DNA of 64,000 bases from Armatimonadota bacterium. GTDB lineage: Bacteria; Armatimonadota; Zipacnadia; Zipacnadales; UBA5352. The position numbers and the translations under genes are program-made. Under the pieces are notes generated by a model. It made no database searches and was not told the origin of the DNA. It saw only the letters and a program-made list of their open reading frames with translations. This document shows, in pieces, positions 37,675 to 46,969 of this stretch. Location of the stretch: assembly GCA_050942735.1 (NCBI GenBank), contig JBMNNW010000012.1:1053-65052 (forward strand), written 5' to 3'. How positions within the stretch are numbered: the first letter of the stretch is position 1; each line of letters starts with the position of its first letter.

Positions 37675-39021
37675 CTACGCCGCCCGGTAGATCCGCCGCC
37701 GCTCCGTCGAAGACGGGATCCCCAGCGCACGGCGGTACTTGTTCACCGTCCGCCGCGCCAGCGCGAACCCCCGCGCGTCCATCTCCGACTGCAGCTCCTC
37801 ATCGGTCAGCGGTGCGCTCGCCGGCTCACCCGCGAGAACCTCCCGCAGCACGGTCTTCGCCGGGAGTGCGTCATCGAAGAACACGCCGAAAGGCACGCTT
37901 TCGCCCGAGGGCATCTGCACCAGCTTGCCCATCGTCGCCCGCGACACCGTCGACTCGTGCAGCCCCGTCAGCTCGGAGATGCGCTTGTGCGTCAGCGGCC
38001 GGTGCGCAAGCGGCCCGTCGAGGATGTACCCGCGCTGCTGGCCGGCGATCGCGCGGCTGATGCGGTAGAGACTCCGCTCGCGCTGCTGCAGCGACCAGAT
38101 GAGCTGCCGCGCCGAGCGCACCTGCGCGCGAGCCCGCGTCGTCGCCTCATCCTCCGCGCGGCTCTGCCTGCGGCGCATCCGCTCATCCAGCCGCCGGTAC
38201 GCCTCCGCAACGCGCACCGTCAGCGCCCGCGAGGTCAGCAGCGCCACCTCGATCTCATCACCGTGCGCGCTGAGGATCACGTCCGGGCGCCTCGCCTCCG
38301 CGTTGCCGGGCAGCAGATGCTGCCACCTCACCCGGAACTGCTCTCCGGGGTAGGGCGTAAGCCGCGAGCGGATCGCCCGTAGCGCCTCCCGCGACTGCTC
38401 CCGCGTTAGACCCAGCGCCGAGCACAGCGCCGGCCAGCCTCCCCGCTCAAGCGCCCGATCACATTGCTCCACCACACGTCGCACGTACTCCGGCACGTCC
38501 GGCAGTTCGTCGAGCTGCAGCAGCAGGCACTCGCGCAGATTCCGCGCGCCCACCCCCGGTGGCGCCACCGCCTGCACTGATCGCAGGGCCGCCTCGACCT
38601 CAGGCAGATCAGCCTCAAGCTCCAGCGCCGCCTCCAGCGTGGAGATCGTGAGATAGCCGCGTTCGTCGATGCACTCGATCAACCACGCCGCGATCTCACG
38701 CATCCGCCCCGCCGTCGTGGGCCCGACGCGCCGGTGCAGCTCATCACGCAGGTTGTGCCGCGATGGCGCACGCGTGGTCGAGTCGCCGGACACCTCGCTC
38801 CACCCGCGCCGCGCCTGCTGCTCCGGCGCGACCGTCGGGATCTCCTCGCAGTCGAACTCGCACTCGACCTCCAGCGCGGGATTCTCCGCGGCCTCCTCGC
38901 GCATCCGCGCCATCAGCGCCAGGCACGGCAGCTCGAGCAGTTCGCTTCGCACGATGAGTTGGAAGTTCACGACGGGGACCTGCTGCGCGCCCACGATCAG
39001 ATCATTGCGTAGCTCCAACAC
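37675..39021 (-). CDS. rpoN: RNA polymerase sigma54 factor
   Basis: Region I (QQ...LELP.LAL...EEAAENPALE), GVGARNLRECLLLQL, HTH LHESTVSRA, RpoN box ARRTVNKYR; start estimated at GTG 39021. Confidence 0.93.
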   Translation of the reverse strand: MLELRNDLIVGAQQVPVVNFQLIVRSELLELPCLALMARMREEAAENPALEVECEFDCEEIPTVAPEQQARRGWSEVSGDSTTRAPSRHNLRDELHRRVGPTTAGRMREIAAWLIECIDERGYLTISTLEAALELEADLPEVEAALRSVQAVAPPGVGARNLRECLLLQLDELPDVPEYVRRVVEQCDRALERGGWPALCSALGLTREQSREALRAIRSRLTPYPGEQFRVRWQHLLPGNAEARRPDVILSAHGDEIEVALLTSRALTVRVAEAYRRLDERMRRRQSRAEDEATTRARAQVRSARQLIWSLQQRERSLYRISRAIAGQQRGYILDGPLAHRPLTHKRISELTGLHESTVSRATMGKLVQMPSGESVPFGVFFDDALPAKTVLREVLAGEPASAPLTDEELQSEMDARGFALARRTVNKYRRALGIPSSTERRRIYRAA

Positions 39022-39068
39022 CTCGGGGGACTTCCTTTCGCGCCGCCTCGAATCTCTTCGTCGGAGGT

Positions 39069-39095
39069 ACTTCGGCGCCGCAGGCGGCAACTTGA
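39069..39095 (-). promoter_or_regulatory. Putative sigma28-type promoter upstream of rpoN
   Basis: Minus strand TCAA-N15-GCCGAAGT; exact sigma28 spacing. Confidence 0.45.
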
Positions 39096-39225
39096 GTCCT
39101 CAACGTGATGGCGCTGACATCACCCCCGCCGACAGAACCGGCCGGCGATGCGCCCTCGGAGGTGGATCGGAAGCGGTGCGCGAAGGGGAGTTGCGCTCGT
39201 TCACAGCAGCCCGCGGAGGCATCTC

Positions 39226-41211
39226 ATGTCAAGACTGGTGGTCGTCATGTGCGGTGTGTTCTGTGTCGCGATCCCGACGGTCTGCCCGGCGCAGGTACCC
39301 GTCGTGCAGGACGGAGAGCCCGCTGCGGTGGTGGTCACCGCCGACAACCCGACCCCCGTCGCGCAGTATGCCGCCGGGGAGTTGATCGAGCACGTCCGCG
39401 AGGCCACCGGCGCGGCGCTGCCGATGGCGGTGGAGTCCGCGATCCCCGACGGCTACGCGGGCAGGATCTTCGTCGGAGCGACCGACGCGGCCCGCGCGCA
39501 GGGCATCGACCCCGCTGAACTCGCGCTCGAGGAGACCGTGCTGCGCGTGGTCGGCGGCGACCTCTTCATCGTCGGCAGTGAGGACGATGAGGCCGACCCG
39601 CTCAGTCAGAGCAACGAGCACAGCGGCACGCTCTTCGGCGTCTATGAGATACTCCAGCGCTATCTCGGTGTGGTCTGGGCGTGGCCCGGGGAGTTGGGCC
39701 GCTTCGTCCCGCGCACCGACACCGTCGTCATCGCCGACGAACTCGACGAGACCATCGCGCCCGCACTCGCCTTCCGCGGCATCCGATGGGGGTACACCAG
39801 CCGGATCGTCGTCCACGGCGAGGACTACGACCCCAACCATGAGCGCATCGCCTTCTCCCGGGAGGGCATCGAGCGCTACGGCCGCGACCTGCAGGCGTAC
39901 CTGCGCCGCCACCGCATGGGCCGCTCACAGGCAAAGCCGCCGGTCGGGCATTACTTCAGCGGCTGGTGGGAGACGCTCGGCGAGGAGCACCCGCACTGGT
40001 TCATGCTCAACGAGCAGGGCGAACGCGGGCCGCTCCCCGGCGAGGGCACCAGGCACGTGGCAATGTGCGTCTCCGAGCCCGAACTGCACCGGCACATCAT
40101 CGACCAGTGGGACGGCCGGTCCCCGATCCGACTCGGGGAGGTGGACGCGCGGGACCGATGCCGCTGTGAACGGTGCCGCAGTTGGGACGCTCCCCAGCCC
40201 GAGGTCATCCCGCCCGTGCTCGCCCATGACGAGCGGTCGTTCTACCACCCCATCTGGGTGAGTGACCGCTATGCCCGCTTCTGGAAGACCATCCATGAGA
40301 TGGCCGTCGAGCGCAACCCCGACGCGCAGGTGACGACGTTCCTTTATCAGAACTACTTCCCGGCGCCCGCCGAGGTCACCGATCTGGGCCCGAACATCTA
40401 CGGGGAGTTCGTGCCCTGGGGCGATGATCAGGTGGACTTCTTCCCGATGACCGAGGGTGCGCTGGAGTGGCTCAAAGAGCAGTGGATCGGCTGGTCGGAG
40501 ACCGGCATCACCATGTCGTACCGCCCCAACTACATGCATGACGGCTACACCATGCCACATCTCGACACACGGCAGGCCGCCGAGTTCTTCAAGTTCGCCT
40601 TCGAGCACGGCATGATCGGCACCGACTTCGACAGCCTCACCGGCCAGTGGGCGACGCAGGGACCCAAGCTCTACGTGCACATGCGACTGAACGCCGACCC
40701 CCGCCTCGAACTCGACCGGATACTCGATGAATACTACTCCGTCTTCGGCCCGGCGGCTGAGCATGTGCGGGATTACTTCGGCTACTGGGAGGACTACGCG
40801 GTCGAGCATCACCAGCATATCATCGATCTCTTCCGCGAGGTGGGCAACCGCTGGCAGCGCTTCCCTCTCAAGGCGCATGAGGCCTACCCGCCCGAGTGCT
40901 TCCCGCCCGCAGAGGCGTTGCTTGAGGCCGCGCACCAGGCCGCCGCGGATGCAGACCCCGAGTACCTCGCGCGGGTGGAGTTCCTTCAGGCCGGGCTGGA
41001 GCACGCGAAGCTCTGCGGCCAACTGGCCGCGCTCTTCGACGGCTCGTACAACATCCCTCGCGACAGCGAGCGCTTCGGCCAGGCGCGGGAACTCCTGCGC
41101 GAACTGGTGAGCTTCCGCAGGGCGCATGAGCACATGTACATCTCCGATTACGCATACGGCGCGGCGTGGCGCGAGGTGCGCCGGTGGAACATCAACTCGC
41201 TCTTCGACTGA
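39226..41211 (+). CDS. Secreted DUF4838-like (glycoside-hydrolase-like) protein
   Basis: Signal peptide; N-terminal AAGEL..HV...TG and GTLFGVYEILQRYLGVVWAWPG; HPHWFML, CVSEP, CRCERC, SDRY motifs. Confidence 0.65.
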   Translation: MSRLVVVMCGVFCVAIPTVCPAQVPVVQDGEPAAVVVTADNPTPVAQYAAGELIEHVREATGAALPMAVESAIPDGYAGRIFVGATDAARAQGIDPAELALEETVLRVVGGDLFIVGSEDDEADPLSQSNEHSGTLFGVYEILQRYLGVVWAWPGELGRFVPRTDTVVIADELDETIAPALAFRGIRWGYTSRIVVHGEDYDPNHERIAFSREGIERYGRDLQAYLRRHRMGRSQAKPPVGHYFSGWWETLGEEHPHWFMLNEQGERGPLPGEGTRHVAMCVSEPELHRHIIDQWDGRSPIRLGEVDARDRCRCERCRSWDAPQPEVIPPVLAHDERSFYHPIWVSDRYARFWKTIHEMAVERNPDAQVTTFLYQNYFPAPAEVTDLGPNIYGEFVPWGDDQVDFFPMTEGALEWLKEQWIGWSETGITMSYRPNYMHDGYTMPHLDTRQAAEFFKFAFEHGMIGTDFDSLTGQWATQGPKLYVHMRLNADPRLELDRILDEYYSVFGPAAEHVRDYFGYWEDYAVEHHQHIIDLFREVGNRWQRFPLKAHEAYPPECFPPAEALLEAAHQAAADADPEYLARVEFLQAGLEHAKLCGQLAALFDGSYNIPRDSERFGQARELLRELVSFRRAHEHMYISDYAYGAAWREVRRWNINSLFD

Positions 41212-41253
41212 TTTGCCGGCGACCAGGCCGCGCCTCGTCGGGCAGCGGCGCTC

Positions 41254-42207
41254 TCAAGGGCGTGGCGGTGCCGCCTGCGTCACGCCCTCCCTGCACGGGC
41301 CGATCAGCTTCGCCGCCAGCCGGCCGTCGGCCGTCCCGGTCTCGGCGAGGAACTTCGGCCGGCCTCGGACGCACACGATCATCGGGTCGCTCACCGGCTT
41401 GCCCAGCGGAATCACGTCACCCGTCTGCAGCTTCGTCGCGTCACTGAGCCTGATCTGCGTCCTGTGCAGGATCACCGACACCGGCACCACGATCCGCTCG
41501 CCGCTCTGCCGCAGACGCTGCGGATCCACCTCCCGCCGCTCCTCCACTGCCCCCTGGTCACCGAGAAGCCGCTGCGCCGTTGCCACCGGCAGCGCCACGC
41601 GCATCTGTCCTCCCACCCCCGCGATCTCCGCCGACATCTCGACCGTCACCATCTCCCCCTCGCGAACCTTCCCGCGAAGTTGCACCGCTTCCGTCAGCAC
41701 CTCCGCCACCGACGGCTCGCGCCGCCCCAGCCGCTCCCACGAGGTCGCCCAGATCTCAACCATCTCCCCGATGAAGCGCCGCAGCAGCGCCGCCTCCAGC
41801 AGCGTCGCGGGCCGATCCAGCGCCTCCGCAGGCCCGCCGAGCATCCGCCCGACCACCGGCCCGAGCAGCTCCGGATCAAGCTGCCACAGGATCGGCGGCA
41901 GCCCTCCCGACAGCTCGACCATCCCCATCGCGCAGTGGCGCGGCACCTCGCTGAGGAACTGCTCGAGGCCCTGCCCCTCGACCGAGACCACCTCGAATCG
42001 AATCGGACTGTCGAGGTAGGCGTTGATGATCCGCCCGAGCGCCGTCGCCAGCCGCTCGGAGTACATCCGCAACTGCGACAGCGCCTCCCGCGACAGCTCG
42101 CTGCCGGTGCGGAAATCATACGCGCGGGTCGCGCCAACGCCCCGGACCCGGCCGCCCGATCCGGCGGGCCTGCCCGGCTCGAGGTCACGTGCCGACTGTG
42201 CCATCAC
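41254..42207 (-). CDS. fliM: Flagellar motor switch protein FliM
   Basis: RAYDFRT..ELSREALSQL, CheC-like middle domain, C-terminal SPOA (LQTGDVIPL). Confidence 0.88.
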   Translation of the reverse strand: MMAQSARDLEPGRPAGSGGRVRGVGATRAYDFRTGSELSREALSQLRMYSERLATALGRIINAYLDSPIRFEVVSVEGQGLEQFLSEVPRHCAMGMVELSGGLPPILWQLDPELLGPVVGRMLGGPAEALDRPATLLEAALLRRFIGEMVEIWATSWERLGRREPSVAEVLTEAVQLRGKVREGEMVTVEMSAEIAGVGGQMRVALPVATAQRLLGDQGAVEERREVDPQRLRQSGERIVVPVSVILHRTQIRLSDATKLQTGDVIPLGKPVSDPMIVCVRGRPKFLAETGTADGRLAAKLIGPCREGVTQAAPPRP

Positions 42208-42221
42208 TCACCTGCCCGATC

Positions 42222-43202
42222 TCACTCGATATACTGCGCCTCTTCGGTCGTCAGCGTGATCTCACCGGCCTGCTCGAGGTCAAGCGCAAGGTTCACGAAC
42301 TCCTTCTGCGCGTTCTCCACGTCCCGCACCAGCATCGGCCCGAGGAACTCGATCTCCTGCTCGAGGATCTCCCGCGCCCGCTCCGAGACGTTCGCGAAGA
42401 TGCGCTCCTTGATCGCCTCATCCACGCCCTTGAGCGCCTGTGCGATAGTTGCGTGCTCCAGGCCCCTCAGCAGCGTCTGCAGATCGTGATCGCTCAACTG
42501 CACCACGTTCTCGAACGTGAACAGGCGGTCCTCGACGCGGTCGGCCAGCTCGGCGTCGCGCTCCCGCAGCTCGCACAGCAGCCGCTTGCTCGAGCCGCGG
42601 TCCATGTCCTCGAGCAGATGCACCACGAACTGCAGCCCCCGGTCGGCCCGGCCCTCATCGTCAACGCGGAATGTCTGCCGCCCCAGCACCTCCGCGATCG
42701 CCTCGACCGCGCCCGGCGCCAGCCGCTCCATCTTCGCAACCCGCAGCGCAAGGTCAGAGCGCGCCTCCGGCGGCCACTCCTTGAGAACCTGCGCGGCCTT
42801 CTCCGGCGCCAACTGGCTCAGCACCACCGCCACCATCTGCGGCGTCTCCTCCCCGAGCATCCGCCGGATGCTGCCCGCCTCCGCGTTGTTGAGGCTGCGC
42901 AGCCGCTGCAGCGCCGTCCTCCGCCGCTCGTCCTCGACGGTGAGCGACTGCCGGCCGAGCACCTCTGCCATCAGGCGCTCGGCATGGGCGGACGCCTGCA
43001 GGCCGTCAGGGCGCGCGATCGCCTCTTCAAACTGCCGCAGCGCCGCCTCCTGCTCGGCACGATCGATGCGCCCAAGCTCCGACATCGCCGAGATGAGCTG
43101 CTCCGCGTCCATCTCCGGCATGTGGCGGCAGACGCTCGCCGCCGCGTCCACGTCGAGACTTGCGAGAACGATCGCTGCTTTGCGGATCTCCGGAGCGTCC
43201 AT
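42222..43202 (-). CDS. fliG: Flagellar motor switch protein FliG
   Basis: RKAAIVLASL, ETPQMVAVVL, LFTFENVV, IFANVSERAREILEQEIEFLGP. Confidence 0.95.
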   Translation of the reverse strand: MDAPEIRKAAIVLASLDVDAAASVCRHMPEMDAEQLISAMSELGRIDRAEQEAALRQFEEAIARPDGLQASAHAERLMAEVLGRQSLTVEDERRRTALQRLRSLNNAEAGSIRRMLGEETPQMVAVVLSQLAPEKAAQVLKEWPPEARSDLALRVAKMERLAPGAVEAIAEVLGRQTFRVDDEGRADRGLQFVVHLLEDMDRGSSKRLLCELRERDAELADRVEDRLFTFENVVQLSDHDLQTLLRGLEHATIAQALKGVDEAIKERIFANVSERAREILEQEIEFLGPMLVRDVENAQKEFVNLALDLEQAGEITLTTEEAQYIE

Positions 43203-43259
43203 CACCAGGCACCGATCCCCCGGCGGGCAGAGATTGTCGTCACCGTCCGTGCAGAGCAC

Positions 43260-43275
43260 TGCAATCGGCGTACCA
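43260..43275 (-). promoter_or_regulatory. sigma54 promoter of fliG-fliM
   Basis: TGGTACGCCGATTGCA on the minus strand (GG-N10-GC). Confidence 0.8.
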
Positions 43276-43303
43276 GTTCCGGCCGCCTCCACCCGGCGTA
43301 CAT

Positions 43304-43334
43304 ACAAAGGAGCCCCCGGCGTGCGGGGGCTCCT
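43304..43334 (-). terminator. Intrinsic terminator after the SLH-porin gene
   Basis: AGGAGCCCCCG/CGGGGGCTCCT stem followed by TTTGT on the minus strand. Confidence 0.7.
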
Positions 43335-43358
43335 GAGGGATCGTCGTGGGAACGTGCG

Positions 43359-45236
43359 TCAGAACGCGAGCGTCGTGCGGAACTGCAGCAGACTGCTCGA
43401 CTGGTCGGTCGAGGAGTCGCGCGGCTGCTGGTGAGCCCACGTCAGCGAGGTCTCCAGACCGTCCGCGATCTCATGCCGCACGCGGGCGCCGTAGAGCTTG
43501 TCGTAGAACAACCCGTCCACCGGCGAGGCATGCCACCAGTCGCTGTTCTTCGACACGCTGTAGTAGAACACGTCCAGCGGCCACTTGCCGTCCCCGGCGT
43601 ACCACGTGCCCTGCCCTCCGACGACCTGGAGGTTCGGCATCGTGAGCGGGCGGCGCAGCCAGCGCTCGTAGGGGAACACGCGCTTGTTCACCGGATCGCA
43701 CAGCAACTCGTAGTAGGGATGAAGTGACGAGTAGACGATGTCATACTCGGCGTCAACGTCCGTGAGTACCGCGCTCAGGTCGATATCCGGCGAGTCAAGC
43801 AGCTCCACGATCGCGATGAACGCCTCAGGGTTGTTGGTCGGACCGTAGAGCGCACGGTTGCCGTGCGCCTCAAGGCGCCCGTATTCGACCCACATGTTCA
43901 GGTTCTTATAGTAATTCCACCAGCCGTCCACGCCCCACGCCCGCTCGGCGAATGACCGCCCATCCGGCCGTGTGACGCCGTATCCGCGGATCAACCACGG
44001 CGCGCCGATCGACCAGCGCGGCCGCTTGTACTGCAGATACATCGACTCGTAGTGGTTGGCGTCGTAGGTGTATTCGGCCTCGGAGTGCTGGTAGTTCGCC
44101 CCGCCCACGAACGCCTGCAGGCTCAGACCGTCGGCGACGAACGGATCGATCAGCGCGTGAACGCCCTGCTGCGACAGCCGCTCATTGTTTACGACAAGGC
44201 CCAGGCCGTACGCCTGAAACTGCCGGCCCAGCGTCCACGTGACGTCGGTGGGCCAACTGGCGTCGAATCGTACCCACGCCTCATCGAGGTAGATGTTGTT
44301 GCCGAGGTAGCCAAGCTCCGGATGCGGGTTGCCGCCGGTGAATGGAAGCGGCGTATGCACCTCGAGCAGCTCGCTCGTCAGCGCGGCCAGCGGGTGTCGC
44401 CCGTCGGCGAGCTTCAGAGCTATCCGCCCGAAGGTGTCGTCGCCGCCGATGTACCCCTCGAGTCCGACGCGGATCGTCAGCGCATCAAACTCGTTGTCGA
44501 GATTGATGTCGCCGCAGACCGTCCCCAGGCGGTAGTCAACGAAGCCGAAGGGCACGGGGAAGCGCCGGCGCTGCTCGATGTCCCGCAGGCGATTGTCGAG
44601 GTCACCGACCTGCTCGGCCAGGTCGCCGACCTGGTCGCGAATCGCCTCCAGTTCATCGGCGAACTCCCGCGTGAGGCCATCCACGACCTCGCGGATCTGA
44701 TCGTCGCTCACACCGGGGCCCTGCGGCCCCTGCGGGCCGGCGGGGCCGGGCTCACCCTGCGGACCAGCCGGGCCCTGTGGGCCGGTCGCGCCCGCCGGTC
44801 CCACCGGACCGGCATCCCCGGCCGGACCGATCTGGCCCTCGGTGTCCAGTGCGTCGAGAAGCCGCGACAACGCCATCGCGAACTCGTAGCGTGTGAGAGG
44901 TCGATCGCCATGGAAGCCGGATCTGGGGTAGCCGATCATGATGCCCTGGTCCAGCAACATCTGGACCGCATCGTAGGCCCAGTGGTCGAACGGAACGAGC
45001 CCGAGGGTCTCCTCGACATCCTCCGGCTCGGGGGCAGTCGCCACGAGGGTCGGACCTGGTGGCACGTACTGCTTGCCACTGGCGATCATCATCGGTCGAG
45101 CATCATCAAGTCCTTGTACCATCCGGGACTGGGAGTCCCCGAAGTCAGAGTACGCGTCAACTCCCTGACCCCAGACTGACCCCGCCGTCAGCCCCATGAG
45201 TACGATTACTGCTGCAATGCAGGCTGCTTTCCGCAC
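43359..45236 (-). CDS. SLH domain + collagen-like repeat + coiled coil + probable beta-barrel (OmpM-like outer-membrane tether)
   Basis: Signal peptide; [11 protein letters not shown]...[21 protein letters not shown]; (GXY)14; heptads; aromatic-rich strands; C-terminal Phe. Confidence 0.82.
   Translation of the reverse strand: MRKAACIAAVIVLMGLTAGSVWGQGVDAYSDFGDSQSRMVQGLDDARPMMIASGKQYVPPGPTLVATAPEPEDVEETLGLVPFDHWAYDAVQMLLDQGIMIGYPRSGFHGDRPLTRYEFAMALSRLLDALDTEGQIGPAGDAGPVGPAGATGPQGPAGPQGEPGPAGPQGPQGPGVSDDQIREVVDGLTREFADELEAIRDQVGDLAEQVGDLDNRLRDIEQRRRFPVPFGFVDYRLGTVCGDINLDNEFDALTIRVGLEGYIGGDDTFGRIALKLADGRHPLAALTSELLEVHTPLPFTGGNPHPELGYLGNNIYLDEAWVRFDASWPTDVTWTLGRQFQAYGLGLVVNNERLSQQGVHALIDPFVADGLSLQAFVGGANYQHSEAEYTYDANHYESMYLQYKRPRWSIGAPWLIRGYGVTRPDGRSFAERAWGVDGWWNYYKNLNMWVEYGRLEAHGNRALYGPTNNPEAFIAIVELLDSPDIDLSAVLTDVDAEYDIVYSSLHPYYELLCDPVNKRVFPYERWLRRPLTMPNLQVVGGQGTWYAGDGKWPLDVFYYSVSKNSDWWHASPVDGLFYDKLYGARVRHEIADGLETSLTWAHQQPRDSSTDQSSSLLQFRTTLAF
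44712..44837 (-). repeat. Collagen-like (Gly-X-Y)14 coding repeat
   Basis: [42 protein letters not shown]. Confidence 0.92.
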
Positions 45237-45283
45237 CTCATAACACCCCTTCTCGCTCCAGATAAGGGGACCAATTCAGCATG

Positions 45284-45312
45284 ATGGTATAGTGATACCG
45301 GGTAAAAGTCAA
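45284..45312 (-). promoter_or_regulatory. sigma70-type promoter of the SLH-porin gene
   Basis: TTGACT-N17-TACCAT on the minus strand in an AT-rich gap. Confidence 0.65.
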
Positions 45313-45453
45313 CACGAATGCCCAATGATTCTCTCATTCTGCACCTTAACGATCTTCATCGCACCCCGCCTGAGCACCCTCTTCACCGGGGAAGGAACCT
45401 TCCCATCCGCCGCCGAAATGCACACCTCGATACGACCGAGAAGGAGGGTCTCC

Positions 45454-46446
45454 ATGAAGCTGCAACAGATCGGCACATCAGACATCCACGCCACCCCGAT
45501 CATCTTCGGCGCATGGGCTATCGGAGGGTGGCTCTGGGGCGGAACCGACGACGAGATCGCCATCGAGGGCATCCACGCCGGCCTCGACGCGGGTATCAAC
45601 GCCATCGACACCGCCCCCGTCTACGGCTTCGGCCACTCCGAGAGCGTCGTCGGCCAGGCCATCGCCGGGCGGCGCGATGACGTCTACATCCTCACCAAAT
45701 GCGGCCTCCGCTGGGACATTGAGACCGAGCGGCATCACTTCGATACCGAGGACGCCGAGGGCAACCCCGTCAGCATCTACCGCAACCTCAAGCGCGACAG
45801 CATCCTCTACGAGTGCGAGCAGTCACTTGAACGCCTCGGCATCGACCACATAGACCTGCTCCAGTGCCACTGGCCCGACGAGACCACGCCCATCAGAGAG
45901 ACGATGGGCGCGCTGACCGAGCTGCTCGATCAGAAGATGATCCGCGCCATCGGTGTCAGCAACTTCACGCCCGAGATGATCGAAGAGTGCCTGCAGTACG
46001 GCCCGGTGCACTGCTCGCAGCCGAAGTTCAGCCTGCTCACGCGGGAGAACTACGACGGTGTCATCGCGTGGTGCCACGAACACGACATCGCCAGCATCGT
46101 CTACAGCCCCCTCGAGCAGGGGATGCTCACCGGCAAAGTCACTCTCGACCGCCGGTTCGGCGAGGGCGACCAGCGCCACGACCGCCCCTGGTTCACCGAG
46201 GAGAACATCCGGCGCGTAAACGAGATCATCGACGAGGTAATGCGCCCGATCGCGGCGGCGCACGAGGCCACGGTCGCTCAGATCACGCTGGCATGGACGA
46301 TCGCCGCTGAGGGCATCACCTGCGCGCTCGCGGGCTCGCGCAGCGCCGGTCAGGCCTCCGAGAACGCGGGGGCGATGTACATGGAACTCAGCGACGAGGA
46401 GTTCTCGGCGATCAGGGACGCCTTCTGGGCGATCGAGGGGCCTTAA
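45454..46446 (+). CDS. Aldo/keto reductase
   Basis: DTAPVYGFGHSE, SLERLGIDHIDL, IGVSNF, QPKFSLL. Confidence 0.93.
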   Translation: MKLQQIGTSDIHATPIIFGAWAIGGWLWGGTDDEIAIEGIHAGLDAGINAIDTAPVYGFGHSESVVGQAIAGRRDDVYILTKCGLRWDIETERHHFDTEDAEGNPVSIYRNLKRDSILYECEQSLERLGIDHIDLLQCHWPDETTPIRETMGALTELLDQKMIRAIGVSNFTPEMIEECLQYGPVHCSQPKFSLLTRENYDGVIAWCHEHDIASIVYSPLEQGMLTGKVTLDRRFGEGDQRHDRPWFTEENIRRVNEIIDEVMRPIAAAHEATVAQITLAWTIAAEGITCALAGSRSAGQASENAGAMYMELSDEEFSAIRDAFWAIEGP

Positions 46447-46555
46447 TCGGGGCCGCGTCCAGGCGCGCCGGCAGCCTCAGCCGCCCGCCGCGGAGCCCCG
46501 AAGAGGCCGGGCGCAGCCGCCGCCGGCGATTCGACAATCCGCGCCGCATTCGGCC

Positions 46556-46584
46556 TTGCCCTGTGTCCGGCGATATGCTACAAT
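46556..46584 (+). promoter_or_regulatory. sigma70 promoter of the tRNA cluster
   Basis: TTGCCC-N17-TACAAT with extended -10 TGn. Confidence 0.7.
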
Positions 46585-46602
46585 ACGTATCCGACTTGGC
46601 GC

Positions 46603-46696
46603 GGAGAGGTGGCCGAGCGGCTGAAGGCAGTCGCCTGCTAAGCGATTAAGGGGGTATAAGCCTCCTTCGAGGGTTCGAATCCCTCCCTCTCCGCCA
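46603..46696 (+). tRNA. tRNA-Ser(GCT)
   Basis: GGAGAGG/CCTCTCC acceptor, anticodon loop CTGCTAA, long variable arm, GTTCGAATC, encoded CCA. Confidence 0.95.
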
Positions 46697-46809
46697 GACG
46701 GTGGCAGCCGGGGCGACGGCGGCCATGAAGACAACGACATGCGGCCGAGCGTCGCGGTACCGCCGTCCGGGTCGCCGCCGCTTTGCTGTCGCTCTCTTTG
46801 ACGCCTTAT

Positions 46810-46885
46810 GCGCCCGTAGCTCAGTGGATAGAGCACTGGCCTCCGGAGCCAGGGGTCTCGCGTTCAAATCGCGACGGGCGTACCA
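46810..46885 (+). tRNA. tRNA-Arg(CCG)
   Basis: GCGCCCG/CGGGCGT acceptor, CTGGC-CTCCGGA-GCCAG, CCA. Confidence 0.95.
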
Positions 46886-46969
46886 TATGTAGTCACGCAC
46901 CGCCGACGTGCCGGCGGGTTGATATTCCGCGCGGGTTGCGCCGACAGGCGTGGCCATGCAGCGAAACGT

